A stretch of DNA of 64,000 nt from assembly GCA_964016885.1 (NCBI GenBank), contig OZ024753.1:20274001-20338000 (forward strand). Direction: 5' to 3'. A program made the position numbers and the translations under genes. The notes beneath the pieces are model-generated. The model worked only from the letters and a program-made list of their open reading frames with translations, was not told the DNA's origin and ran no database searches. Positions 1-11,078 of the stretch are shown in pieces (position 1 is the stretch's first letter; every line of letters begins with the position of its first letter). The stretch is from Eledone cirrhosa. Taxonomy: Eukaryota.

Positions 1-46
1 AGTTTAAAAATAAATTTTAAAAAATTAACTTTACTCACTATGGTTA

Positions 47-130
47 CCTTTACCGAATCGGTTTCGAGTCACAAAAATAAACGGACAGTCCTTACGACAT
101 CCGTTGCAAAGATAAACTCTCGTCAGAAGG
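47..130 (-). ncRNA. Type I hammerhead ribozyme with extended stem II, in the 3' pLTR of PLE-A
   Basis: The minus strand reads CCTT-CTGACGA-GAGT...(AACGGA/TCCGTT hairpin)...ACTC-GAAA-CCGATTCGG-TA-AAGG. It has a complete CUGANGA/GAAA core, stem I CCTT/AAGG, stem II GAGT/ACTC, near-palindromic stem III ACCGA-T-TCGGT and a GUA cleavage triplet. It lies downstream of the minus-strand GIY-YIG. Confidence 0.88.
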
Positions 131-344
131 ATCTTTTCACTCGGAGAATATAACATTCCCGAGTTCAAATTACGAACAGGCGCTATTCAAAATTTAAATT
201 TAATCTCCCTCATTTAAAAGCTTTCAGTATGTTTATCTATAAAAATTTTCAAGGAAAAAATGTTTTAAGGAGTCAAATGAAGGAATCTAATGATTTATCG
301 ATAGGTTCAATAGATTTAATAGAATGAGTTATATATTACATTTT

Positions 345-1546
345 AAATTTATATTTAAACGTTGAATTCAATCTATGTTTGCAGCAACTGAAAAGATTGC
401 TTCTTACGTTCATGGAATTTTTGCTTTTTAATATAAAGAATATTTCCTCTATACAAAGATCACAATTTTCGGAAGAGGAGTTAAATGGGGGAGCTTTTGA
501 AATAATATTCCAAAGTAAAGAATATTTAATGTTCTTTGATTTAAGGTCCCATAAAAGCTAGATAGAGAAGTTGAAGATTTCTTGTTTAAATTCGTAAAAG
601 AGCATTTATGGTTATTAAAACGAGATTTAAAATCTGTGGAAGTAGATCATACATAATTAAATGAATTTAAATTACTTTTTACATTACTTTAATATACTAT
701 ATTTTTAGCTAAACAATTGTTATTTGACGGACAGTTAGATTTATTTCTACAGTTACATTTATCAAAATTCAAGTTACTAGGAGCTGTATTATTAAATTGA
801 ACTATATTATTAAATTGGATATTGCTGGGGTTGTTAGTGGTATATTGGTTAGGTTTTAAGTTTCTATTATTAATTCTATTAATATTCTGCGCTAAATTAT
901 TGGTGGTTGCATAAGTTAATTTTATAGTATGTCTATTAAATATTGAGTAGTATCTATGTGTTCTAGGGAAGCATTTGTCAAGAGCTTTAAAGAATAGTTT
1001 AGCAATAGGAGTTTTAATATTTAATGAGAAAGGAGGAGCGAACCATAATATATTCCTAGTTCTATTTCTTTTTTTGTTTTCCGAATTATTGTAAGGTTTT
1101 CTATTATAGATGTTAAAATTGCTAAGATTATGGTTAGTTGTTATATTATTATTCTTATCAATGCATTTAATTTTATTTCTATATTCAGCTCTACTTAACG
1201 CTTCGTTGTAATAATGTGCTTTATCATCAAATATATTCCTATTAGCTGAAATTCTAGAAATGCGTGGCTGTACAGAATTCACTATAGTATTTTTAACGGA
1301 TCTGGAGTGATTAGAGTTAAAATTAACGTAGTTTCAGTTCTCGTTTAGTTTGTGAAAAGGATAATGAAGTCATGTGTTAAGGTTTAAGGTTACATCTAGC
1401 AAATTGACTATTTTATGGTTATTCTCTATTTCTACTTTTAGATTAAGGTAATTAAAAAATTGTATAATTTCGTTTCTTTTCTTATTTAATTCACAGTTAT
1501 TATTTTCGATAAGTAATAACATATCGTCGCGGTATATACCTCATCA
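345..1546 (-). pseudogene. PLE-A: 5'-truncated, decayed Penelope-like (Naiad-like) RT plus GIY-YIG endonuclease
   Basis: Manual translation from about 1540 gives GIYRDDMLLL...KIVNLLDVTLNL (RT catalytic YxDD and FLD-like motif). ORF 689-1282 gives the thumb, RNILWFAPPFS and a CNCRNKSNCPSNNNC linker. Then IVY*S...NYV*STSTDFKSRFNNH...WNIISKA...CDLCIEE...CCKH (GIY-YIG with CCHH). In-frame stops and frameshifts are present. Confidence 0.9.
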
Positions 1547-1592
1547 TTAGAGATATGAGAGTTAAACCTAGGTTTAACTCTCATATCTCTAA
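1547..1592. repeat. Perfect 46-bp palindrome (snap-back) at the PLE-A/PLE-B junction
   Basis: TTAGAGATATGAGAGTTAAACCT|AGGTTTAACTCTCATATCTCTAA: the 23-nt arms are exact reverse complements. Confidence 0.95.
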
Positions 1593-1887
1593 CTTCAAAC
1601 ATGTTAAGTTTAAGAATTCTACTTCTTTAGCACATTATATCTGGGATCTTAAGGGAGCTTATATACCATATAGCCTTAACTGGCGTTTAGTAGCACGCTC
1701 TAACCACCTTTCTACACATACTAAGTTTTGTAATCTCTGTATCCTTGAGACACACTCTATAATTTTCTCTAGCGTATCCTTACTTAATAGAAAGTCTGAG
1801 ATATTCTCTTCCTGCCCCCACGCTATTTCTAATTCTTACTTTTATTATAAACCCAAACGTTCTAGTAGTACAAATTGTACCCATTAG
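1564..1887 (+). pseudogene. PLE-B: C-terminal half of a Penelope-like GIY-YIG endonuclease (different family from PLE-A)
   Basis: KPRFNSH...STSLAHYIWDLK...LNWRLV...CNLCILE...LLNRKSEIFSSCPH is homologous to the EN tails at about 345-640 and 14150-14452 but clearly divergent. Confidence 0.85.
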
Positions 1888-3732
1888 CAGATATATTCCA
1901 TTACTTATTTTTTAGTTTAGGTTCTTTTGTTTGCCAACATTATTATTATCATCATTATTATCATTGGTTTTTGATGACTCTTTATTCTAGCTCTCATAAT
2001 CATTTGGCTACTGTACCATATCTGTCTTCTTACGCATTAAATTTTCACTATTACACCTTGTGAATATATATAAGATTACATACTTTACGCCATTTACTTT
2101 ATTTTATTATTATCTTCATTTTTATTTTTATTTTTATTTTTAATTTTATTTTTAATTTTATTTTTAATTTTATTTTTAATTTTATTTTTTATTTTTATTC
2201 AGATTCATCTTTGGATACCCCCCTCCCCTCCCCCTCCCCCCATGCGCACATAAACTTATTGTCAACCCCTCCAAATTGACTATGATTATATTTAACCCCC
2301 CCCCCTCTTTTACGCTCCGTTCTATTATTTATTATAGTATATCGACTATATTTGATGCCCCTTTGCATCCTCCATATATTTCTTCAATTCTGTCCCCATT
2401 AGCCTACCTTAATTCTACTTAAGTCAGTTTTTTAGATATCGTTGTGTATATGATAGTAAAAAATTTCATTCCTTTTTGTAAACATTTGTAACGAAACATT
2501 AAAGTTTATAAACTTTAATGACTTAAACTATAGCTAATATTATACTACCTTATTGGATAGTTTAAATATTTTTAATATTAATTTATCAAATAGGGTTTTG
2601 AGTCATTTACAGGGATTGTTTTCCTTAGTTTTTACCTAACTACTTGACCGCATGTGAGACCTAAATGTATATATTTGTTTTTTTTTTTGTAATTTCCGGT
2701 TGATTATATTTATTTATTTTATTCTATATTTTATATTCTATATGTTATTTGAAATACTACTGGGCATCATATTTACTATTTACTATTCACTGCCTGGCAC
2801 TTACTTACACATCCACATATGTCTGTCTACTAACCTTGTAATTATAAGTATTTATATATTATTTTATGTCAATTTATTTTATATAATATATTATATTATA
2901 TTGTATTGTAATATTGATCCTTATTACTTACTGTTCATTATATGTAACATTATGGTATTTAAACTTTATATATCATGTAAGATGTCTGTATTTTTTTCTG
3001 TACCATCATAATGTTTTTTGAGTATTGTATAATTTATTTTTACTCATTTACTCTGTAACCCAGTATGAATCGATTTGTATACATTGTTTATTGTAAAGGT
3101 TAGTACATTGTTAATATATTATTATTATATTATTATTGTGACATCTATATTGTTTGTGTAAATTAACCGGGGATTATCTATTATATTGAATTATATAATT
3201 TTATTGTTTATTATTTATTATATGTGTTTCTTGTAATTATATCATATTATTGCCTCATGTATATTGGGTAGATGTATTGGTATTATTATTATTATTATTT
3301 TCACTCTTATCGTGCTTATTTTTATATTCAGACTCCTAATAAGGTTTAATTTGTGTAGTTGAAGATAGATGTGCGTATTGTTGTATGTGTGTGTGTGTGT
3401 GTGCGTGTGCGCACATAGATACATGTGCATATTGTACCTTTTGATTTTTATTGTAATTTTAATGTTGGTAAAGGTATATTATTATAATGTATTATATTAT
3501 ATTACATTGTGTTATATATAATTCCTGCTCTATATAACCACCTTTGTTTAGCTCTAGGTTATTTGCTTTGGACTATATTTGTAATATGGTTCTTAATGTT
3601 ATATACATCCTTAGTTATTCTTATTATATATTTTTATTATTTTTGTTATATATTTTTGCAAGACTTTAGTGTATGTACACTCCATATTCTTCGGAGCTTC
3701 CGGCTTGTATCTGCCGATATTACTTCTTGTTG

Positions 3733-3786
3733 TTTTAATTGCCCTGATGAGTCCTTAATAGGACGAAACATTGTTGGCTAATAAAA
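3733..3786 (+). ncRNA. Minimal type I hammerhead ribozyme
   Basis: TTTTAATTGCC-CTGATGA-GTCC(TTAATA)GGAC-GAAA-C(ATT)G-TT-GGCTAATAAAA. It has an intact core, a 4-bp stem II, a very short stem III, and stem I GCC/GGC with imperfect extension. Confidence 0.85.
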
Positions 3787-3826
3787 ACTTTTGATGTATT
3801 AAAGGCTTCTTTGTTTTACTCTCTTA

Positions 3827-4018
<192 letters not shown>

Positions 4019-4060
4019 TCAGGTTTGAGGTTCACCACTGTATAGAGCTGGTCTATTCCG

Positions 4061-4150
4061 TATGGTCAATCGTAATGTAATAATATAGAGATACTCAAGT
4101 ACATAGATGTACTTGAGTATCTCTATATTATTACATTACGATTGACCATA
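4061..4150. repeat. Perfect 44-bp-stem hairpin with 2-nt loop
   Basis: 4061-4104 (TATGGTCAATCG...CAAGTACAT), loop AG, and 4107-4150 as the exact reverse complement. Confidence 0.95.
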
Positions 4151-4877
4151 TGTAAGGGAGATACATAGTACCTTTAAATTACAGATCAAATAGGAACTAT
4201 TAGATATATCAACCTGAAAATGTTAAACTGTTTAACTTTAAATTTTCTAACCTCTTTAATATTGAATATTGATTATTAATTTTTTAACTTCATCCTATAA
4301 GTCTAAACATTGTAACACACTGACCCCCAATATATTCACCTCTGCTAAGATGCGGGTCCCTGTGAAAATTTTCTCGCGCCACTCCTGGCCCGACTGTGGT
4401 CTGACATTAATATCGACCTCTCTCCCTCTTTCTTTCTATCTTCCTTCTTGTAGCCATCAACCCTTACTTTTTTACTTTTCTACTTCTCCCTTTTCTTCCT
4501 TCTCTTCTCCCCTCTTCCTGTCTTCCTCCCGCAGACTTATCTTCCTCCCCCCTTTGTTTGCCTATATCTGACCGGTAGTAGTTGTCTTTCTTCTTATATC
4601 TGACATTAACCCTGGCTTCTCTTCTTCTTCCTTCCCCCTTCTTCTCTCTCCTTCCTTTCTTCCTTTCTTTTATCTTGTGGCATGAGATTGACGCTAACTT
4701 ATGTTCCCATCCCTTTCTGTTTTCGTTTATCTGACCGGTAGTAGCACACTGTAAACTTTAGCCACGTCACTCGAGAACGACCGGCTGAGGTTGAAGGAGC
4801 AGAATAGCGGTCTCCCTCGGGTCCTCGATTTTCAGCCCCATGGATTTTATCTATTACATTCACGTATTATATTTTGA

Positions 4878-4935
4878 ATACCTGATGATATCACCGGATT
4901 CATACGGAACCCACTCATTGAAATGATCATAGTAT
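4878..4935 (+). ncRNA. Type I hammerhead ribozyme with palindromic stem III (stem II partly decayed)
   Basis: ATAC-CTGATGA-...-GAAA-TGATCA-TA-GTAT: stem I ATAC/GTAT, palindrome ATGATCAT, AUA triplet, and AATAAA immediately after. Confidence 0.72.
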
Positions 4936-4987
4936 AATAAACCTTTCAAGGATTTACACAAATCCATCCTCCTGTCATTTCATTATA

Positions 4988-5018
<31 letters not shown>

Positions 5019-5627
5019 CGTTCGGTCACCAGTTGGTGCTACTGGTAACATGTATCCCAGTACAACCTGTCTCATGGTCGGGTCGTTGGAGACTAAACTG
5101 GCAACCCCATCAATGTTTCTTGGTGAGGAGGGTGACTTTGGACATCCTGCAGGACTAAAAACAAAACCTGTCAAAGGGCAAAAGAGCTCTTAAGAGTCAA
5201 TGGTCATCCAAAATCACCGGGAAAGATGACCCTTAGCCTTTGTCAAGGCAGAATTCTAGGAGAAAGAAAACTCTGATATAACACCTGCAACCCTGATGGT
5301 ATCCAAAGATGTTGACTTGTTCTTCTTTTTGGTAAATATCATCTTGGTTTAGAGAGTGGGACTGGCTTTGTGCAGTGCCTTTGCTCACTATAAAAGCTTC
5401 ACGGCACAGGCATTGCTTTATATCTGGAGATCTCTCTGCACTTGTCGTCACATAGTACCATGGGCCCAGCACTATGTGTCAATAATTGTCACAGGTTTAG
5501 TGTTTGTACCAGAGTTTTCAAGTCGATGGCTGGACTAAAAAGTCACACTCGTTCAGCGCATCGGTAGGGGGTTCTCCTACATGGATATAAAGTAGTGGCC
5601 GTACTCGAAAATGAGTTGGCAGCCACC

Positions 5628-5687
<60 letters not shown>

Positions 5688-5688
5688 T

Positions 5689-5722
<34 letters not shown>

Positions 5723-6142
5723 AATATATATATTTGTCAAGGCAGAATTCTAGGAGAAGGAAAACTCTGATATAACACCTGCGACCCTGATGGTATCCAA
5801 TGATGTTGACTTGTTCTTCGTTTTGGTAAATATCATCTTGGTTAAGAGAGTGGGACTGGCTTTGTGCAGTGCCTTTGCTCACTATAAAAGCTTGACGGCA
5901 CAGGCTTTGCTTTATATCTGGAGATCTCTCTGCACTTGTCATCTTCATGTGGAACTCTGGCTGGCCGTAGCCTAAAAAGGCAAACTACATTACAATGAAG
6001 GTACCTAACACATTTTCACAAGTGTCGTTTTTGTAACAGAGTTTTCAAGTCGCTGGCTGGACTCGTTCAGCGCATCGGTAGGGGTTCTCATACATGGATA
6101 TAAAGTAGTAGCCGTACTCTAAAACGAGTTGGCAGCCACCAT
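5019..6142. repeat. Unclassified interspersed repeat, partly duplicated in tandem across a (TA)n tract
   Basis: 5238-5446 matches 5732-5940, and about 5500-5629 matches about 6028-6142. The motif CTAGGAGAAGGAAAACTCTGA recalls LINE 5'-UTR-derived repeats, from memory only. The duplication is certain; the classification is not. Confidence 0.6.
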
Positions 6143-6500
6143 GTATATATATATATGTATATATATATATAAATATGTATGTATGTAAGTATGTATGTAT
6201 GTATATATAAAATTTCACTATGGATACAGAATGTAAATATTAAATAAAATATAGTCAAGAGACAATGTTTAGCGATTTAACATTTTCAATTTTGCGGATG
6301 TGGTATGTTTGTATATTTTAAAAAACGACATGCTCAAAGAAATAATAATATTGGTAATTGGTTGTAAAAGGTGAGCAAGTAAATATTGGAAAGATGTACC
6401 CACAATTTATGGACGTCTTGCGGATATTATGAAGATATTTATAAATAAAATAACGTAAACGACAGGAAAATTTCACTGAGCAAATAAAATTGTCTCGCAT

Positions 6501-6767
6501 ATCCTAAACCGACGGTAGTCGGTTTAGTAATATTGTTGTCTTAGTGATTTCGTTGGCAATCGTCTCTTTACAGCATTATTAGAATGTCTTCCGATTATCA
6601 AAATCACATGAAAGTTATATGAGCATGGAGAGTAAATCATTGCACATCTCTTAAGCTAAAAATCTCGAAATTTCGTTCAGCACAAAAAAAGTTATGATCA
6701 AAGTTTGCTGAAAAAAACTGTGTTCAAGTGAGTAAGTGAGTGAGTAAGGGTGACGCTCTGTGCATTT
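6501..6767. mobile_element. Helentron/DINE-1-like non-autonomous element end, copy 1
   Basis: It has a terminal hairpin CTAAACCGAC-GGTA-GTCGGTTTAG and a short (GAGT)n tract. It appears identical to 7279-7545. Confidence 0.55.
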
Positions 6768-7030
6768 TCTCTTCTTCCGACTCCAATAATCCCCCTCCTC
6801 CTCCACTTGTTTTGTTCCTCTTTCTCCCCCCCCCCTCCCTCATCATCATTTTCTTCTTCTTCTTCTTCTTCTTCTTCTTCGTGTAAATATCAAGAAATAA
6901 ATGATTATTGTTGTTTTATTAAGAAATGTTTGGTTCTGGTGTTGGTATTATTAAATAAGTATGTATAATGTCTATGTATAAATGCATATAACCTTCATAA
7001 ATATGATTATACTTGTATGTTTGTATGAAC

Positions 7031-7102
<72 letters not shown>

Positions 7103-7278
7103 TTTCGTACTCATTACGCATGTACGCAAATATGATTTAAATACTTAAATTGTATAAATCGGAGATTACATCTGGTATATATCCAATATAGTATGCAAGT
7201 GAACATTTTGTTTGCAAATTAGATTTTAGATATGTACGCAACATATTAATTTTTTCATTTGTATATATATATATATAT

Positions 7279-7545
7279 ATCCTAAACCGACGGTAGTCGG
7301 TTTAGTAATATTGTTGTCTTAGTGATTTCGTTGGCAATCGTCTCTTTACAGCATTATTAGAATGTCTTCCGATTATCAAAATCACATGAAAGTTATATGA
7401 GCATGGAGAGTAAATCATTGCACATCTCTTAAGCTAAAAATCTCGAAATTTCGTTCAGCACAAAAAAAGTTATGATCAAAGTTTGCTGAAAAAAACTGTG
7501 TTCAAGTGAGTAAGTGAGTGAGTAAGGGTGACGCTCTGTGCATTT
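7279..7545. mobile_element. Helentron/DINE-1-like non-autonomous element end, copy 2
   Basis: 267-bp direct repeat of 6501-6767, beginning at a (TA)n tract and followed by a minisatellite. Confidence 0.55.
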
Positions 7546-7582
7546 GATGCATCTCTTGGGACCGGTCAGAGGAGGATAAGGG

Positions 7583-8096
7583 GTTATTCGGGGTGCGGCG
7601 CTTATTCGAACCCTCCCCCAGTGACTGCGATTATTCGGGGTGAGACGCTTATTCGAACCCCCCCCCCCCGCTTATTCGAACCCTCCCCCCAGTGACTGCG
7701 ATTATTCGGGGTGCGGCGCTTATTCGAACCCTCCCCCCAGTGACTGCGGTTATTCGGGGTGCGGCGCTTATTCGAACCCTCCCCCCAGTGACTGCGATTA
7801 TTCGGGGTGCGGCGCTTATTCGAACCCTCCCCCAGTGACTGCGATTATTCGGGGTGAGGCGCTTATTCGAACCCCCCCCCCCCCCACAGTGACTGCGGTT
7901 ATTCGGGGTGCGGCGCTTATTCGAACCCCCCCCCACAGTGACTGCGATTATTCGGGGTGAGGCGCTTATTCGAACCCTCCCCCAGTGACTGCTGTTATTT
8001 GGGGTGAGGGTCTTATTCGAACCCCCCCTAGTGACTGCGGTTATTCGGGGTGCGGTGGTTATTTGAACCCCCCCCCCCCCAGTGACTGCGGTTATT
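7583..8096. repeat. GC-rich minisatellite, 47-50 bp unit, about 10-11 copies
   Basis: The unit is GTGACTGCGATTATTCGGGGTGCGGCGCTTATTCGAACCCTCCCCCA with a variable C-run. Confidence 0.95.
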
Positions 8097-8421
8097 TTTT
8101 TGAATTTGAATTTTAAATGTTGATACAATGTGGCAGTAAACATTAATCATTGAGCTAATTAGGAGCTATTATGTTCTCCTATCTCGCGATAAGTGGTCAC
8201 ACGTTGCAAACTAGTTGAGGTTGTCTTCTATTTATATTCAAATGAGTAATCACTCACTGCATTGTTCTCTTTCAAAGCAGTCGCTGATTGATATACTAGA
8301 AATTCAGAAAATCATTTGGATTTGTACTAATAGTTGTGAATAGTTGTGCTATTTTTTGTACCGATAGGTGCGAGTAGTGAACTCATTTGCGATAGGTGCG
8401 AATAGTGTGCTCATTTGACAT

Positions 8422-9084
8422 ATGAAAATGACGTCTCTCGGCTTTTTTATCGGCTTATTTATTTTGACTATTACAAATGAAAAATTTGTTTCCCTGCAAA
8501 AGTCTCGCCAAAATGGTCGCAAAAAAAATCGCAAAAGGTCACTTCATACGTTTCGCGGCTTTCGAAAAAAGTCACCATATACGTTTCGCGGCTTTTTGAT
8601 CGGCTTATTACTTTTTTGCCTGGCGCGAAAATGCAATATTTCCATTTCGAATGAAACAATTCCACAATCGGGCAATTCGAATGATGAAATTCACATTCAG
8701 GCGGCTTTTTACAAATCCAATAAACGAATTTACCCGATTTCCAATCAGAAATATAGAACACGTGCACTGATCTTATCATTGCTTATTATCGGTTGTGTTG
8801 AATTAAATCCTGGACCTGAATTTGAATTCAATGAGACTGATAGTGCTTCCGAATGTCCCAAAGATCAAAAAATTCATAAAGAGAATGAAAAACGGAGAAA
8901 AAATGCCATTAGGAATAGGGAGTATAAAAAACGGAAAGCTGCTGAAATAAAAGAAAAAAGACAATCAGAACAAGCAAAACATATGAATAATGCATACCAA
9001 AAAGCGCGTGAAGAAAATACAAAAATCCCAAAAAAATTATCATGTGAAAAATTGACAAAAAATCGACAAAAATGGCGCGCGTGA
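8422..9084 (+). CDS. 220-aa ORF with a 2A-like StopGo motif followed by a basic coiled-coil; probable transposon ORF remnant
   Basis: LILSLLIIGCVELNPGP (GCVELNPGP at 8791-8817, in frame) matches (D/C)(V/I)ExNPGP with the expected upstream hydrophobic helix. It is followed by KENEKRRKNAIRNREYKKRK, and the ORF ends in tandem repeats. Confidence 0.5.
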   Translation: MKMTSLGFFIGLFILTITNEKFVSLQKSRQNGRKKNRKRSLHTFRGFRKKSPYTFRGFLIGLLLFCLARKCNISISNETIPQSGNSNDEIHIQAAFYKSNKRIYPISNQKYRTRALILSLLIIGCVELNPGPEFEFNETDSASECPKDQKIHKENEKRRKNAIRNREYKKRKAAEIKEKRQSEQAKHMNNAYQKAREENTKIPKKLSCEKLTKNRQKWRA

Positions 9085-9195
9085 AAAAAAATCAAAAAAA
9101 CCCCAAAAAATTTGCATGTGAAAAATTGACAAAAAATCGACCAAAAATGGCGCGCGTGAAAAAAATCCCAAAAAAATTTGCATGTGAAAATTGAT
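9020..9195. repeat. Short tandem repeat, 65-80 bp unit, about 2.5 copies
   Basis: AAAATCCCAAAAAAATTTGCATGTGAAAAATTGACAAAAAATCGACAAAAATGGCGCGCGTG recurs. Confidence 0.85.
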
Positions 9196-9660
9196 ATTTG
9201 CCTTCTATTGCATTAGAATTTGTCATGTTTAATTAAAATGTTATTTTCAACTAAATGCAAATGGTGCAAATTTGCTCCATTTAGATTCAGTTGTTAATGC
9301 TCACCTACTAATTTAAAAAAATTGTATTTTCTTAAATGACTCTTATTTATCATAAGTTAATATTTTTAAGATAGGTGAGTGCTCCACGATCTGACCTATG
9401 TCCCCGCCATGTGGAGTGGATGCTTGTACCAATTAGATAAAATATCTCAACTTATTTCTGTGACTCCAATGCACAGGCTGACACTGTAGCTTGAATTAAA
9501 TTCAAAATTGGTACAAGTAACTAAGAGGTCACAAAAGAATAGCTTCACTTTCACCTATAGTTTTCATTAACATCATTTTGGGGATTTTTTGATAGAAGTA
9601 ACTAAAGTAATAACTATTTAATTAAGTAGTTGTTGTTTGCATTGCCTTGAAAAATAGGAA

Positions 9661-10777
9661 ACTAGCTAGAAAAATGCGTACAGCAAAAAAAAGTAATATT
9701 GTTGGAACAAACCTTTAAAAATACAGGACAAGGAAGTAAGATAAACCTTTAAAAATACAGGACAAAGAACTAAGATAAAACTTTAAAAGAATAGGACAAG
9801 GAATATAAATTTTTACAATAATATTAGTGGCAAAAATTTTATTGGAAAAATAGATAATTGATCAAATAAAAGTGATTTATTTGAGTAACATGAAATTACT
9901 TAATGAGAAATATCAATACAATGAAATTGATCCCTGTCTTGTGTTCCTCCTCCAAGTCCGAGTTGTACCAACTGGTTCATTGGTTCATGAGGAAGTGGGC
10001 CAGGAAAAATGTAGGAAAAGTCATCATGGTTCATTTCTGTTCTTCCCTTCTACTCGAGCCCCCTCAGCGCCTGCATCCCCCAGCTACAATGACTCCCAAA
10101 TCAGCAGTCTGTTGCTCCTGCACCAACGCCTCCACCTCCTCCCCCCTCGTCGCCTGCTTCAACTTTCATCATTGCTGCGCCAACATGCCCAGTGCTGTCT
10201 GGAAGTGGTTCAACGAGTCCGGCGCCGGCTTCACCTGCTTCAAGTGCTCTCCCAGGAAGAAGCACTCTGCCCTATCCACCTGCCCTTCTACCACTGCCCA
10301 TGAAGCCAGTCCGGAACCGTCAACCGTGCCTCAAAGTGTCATCGAGGACCAGCAGGATTCCGAGTCGAACACGGGCCCATTCACCTTGGTCACTCGCCGT
10401 CATCGTCCCAGAGTCAAGACCCGTACCCCTCCCTCTCCCCCTCCAGTTCCTGCTCCGACCCAGTCCGAGTTGCGCCGGGTCATCCGCGAGGAGTTGGACC
10501 GGGAAAGATGACAGACAAGTGATCATGGTTGGAGTGGATGCATGCGGAACATCATAGTTGTAATTGGTGTAATGATGGAAACTCAATTTTTTACCAATTG
10601 AATTTTGCCACTAATATTATTGTAAAAATTTATATTCCTTGTCCTATTCTTTTAAAGTTTTATCTTAGTTCTTTGTCCTGTATTTTTAAAGGTTTATCTT
10701 ACTTCCTTGTCCTGTATTTTTAAAGGTTTGTTCCAACAATATTACTTTTTTTTGCTGTACGCATTTTTCTAGCTAGT
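9661..10777. mobile_element. Inverted-repeat (foldback/TIR-like) unit with about 175-bp arms
   Basis: 9661-9835 is the reverse complement of 10603-10777. Each arm has three subrepeats of about 34 bp (AAACCTTTAAAAATACAGGACAAGGAAGTAAGAT). No TSD was seen. Confidence 0.7.
10089..10540 (+). pseudogene. Fragment of a PHD-finger-type ORF1 of a CR1/L2-group LINE
   Basis: MTPKSAVCCSC...C..FHHCC...FTCFKC is a degenerate PHD. It is followed by FTLVTRR, a Pro-rich linker, ELRRVIREELDRER*, then shifted RQVIMVGV, resembling the ORF1 ExxRRxNxIxxG motif. The segment is a GC-rich island. Confidence 0.6.
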
Positions 10778-10969
10778 CAAATATGTCTAGAAAAACAACG
10801 TTATATATATATATATCTGTCTCTCTCTCTCGGTCTGTGTGTGTGTCTGTGTGTGTGTGTCTGTGTGTGCGTGTCTGTGTGTCTGTGTCTGTGTGTGTGA
10901 GAGTGATAGTGAGGGAAGGAGAGAGAGAGAGTACGTTTTAATGCATTTACATTTGTGTGCGTGACTGTA

Positions 10970-11000
<31 letters not shown>

Positions 11001-11043
11001 ATATTTCTGGCAATAATATAACAACATGACCCTCCCCAAATAT

Positions 11044-11076
<33 letters not shown>

Positions 11077-11078
<2 letters not shown>

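Larger units (their letters stand above)
1547..3826 (+). mobile_element. PLE-B pLTR-type insertion (EN tail, long AT-rich 3' region, HHR, AATAAA)
   Basis: It starts at the palindrome, carries the EN tail, has an HHR at 3733-3786 overlapping AATAAA, and ends at the (TA)n tract from about 3827. Continuity across the AT-rich middle is inferred. Confidence 0.55.
4061..4985 (+). mobile_element. Truncated HHR-bearing PLE pLTR (family D)
   Basis: It has a 5' hairpin, a pyrimidine-rich body, an HHR at 4878-4935, AATAAA, and a tail (AAACCTTTCAAGGATTTACAC...CCTCCTGT) shared with 21417-21466. It is bounded by (TA)n. Confidence 0.6.

Noticed and set aside
136-1375. Selenocysteine recoding in PLE-A (in-frame TGA plus TGAA-hairpin-TGAA at 136-167), as reported for some Naiads
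   Set aside because: The clearest TGA replaces the Gly of YVG rather than a Cys, and a TAA and frameshifts are also present. The hairpin is too short for a SECIS and lacks the apical AA.
7583-8096. Common origin with the large satellite because both have units of about 47 bp
   Set aside because: No convincing sequence similarity was seen by eye, so it is treated as coincidence.
7640-8143. Pro/Cys-rich repeat ORFs
   Set aside because: They are minisatellite translations with frame changes at C-runs.
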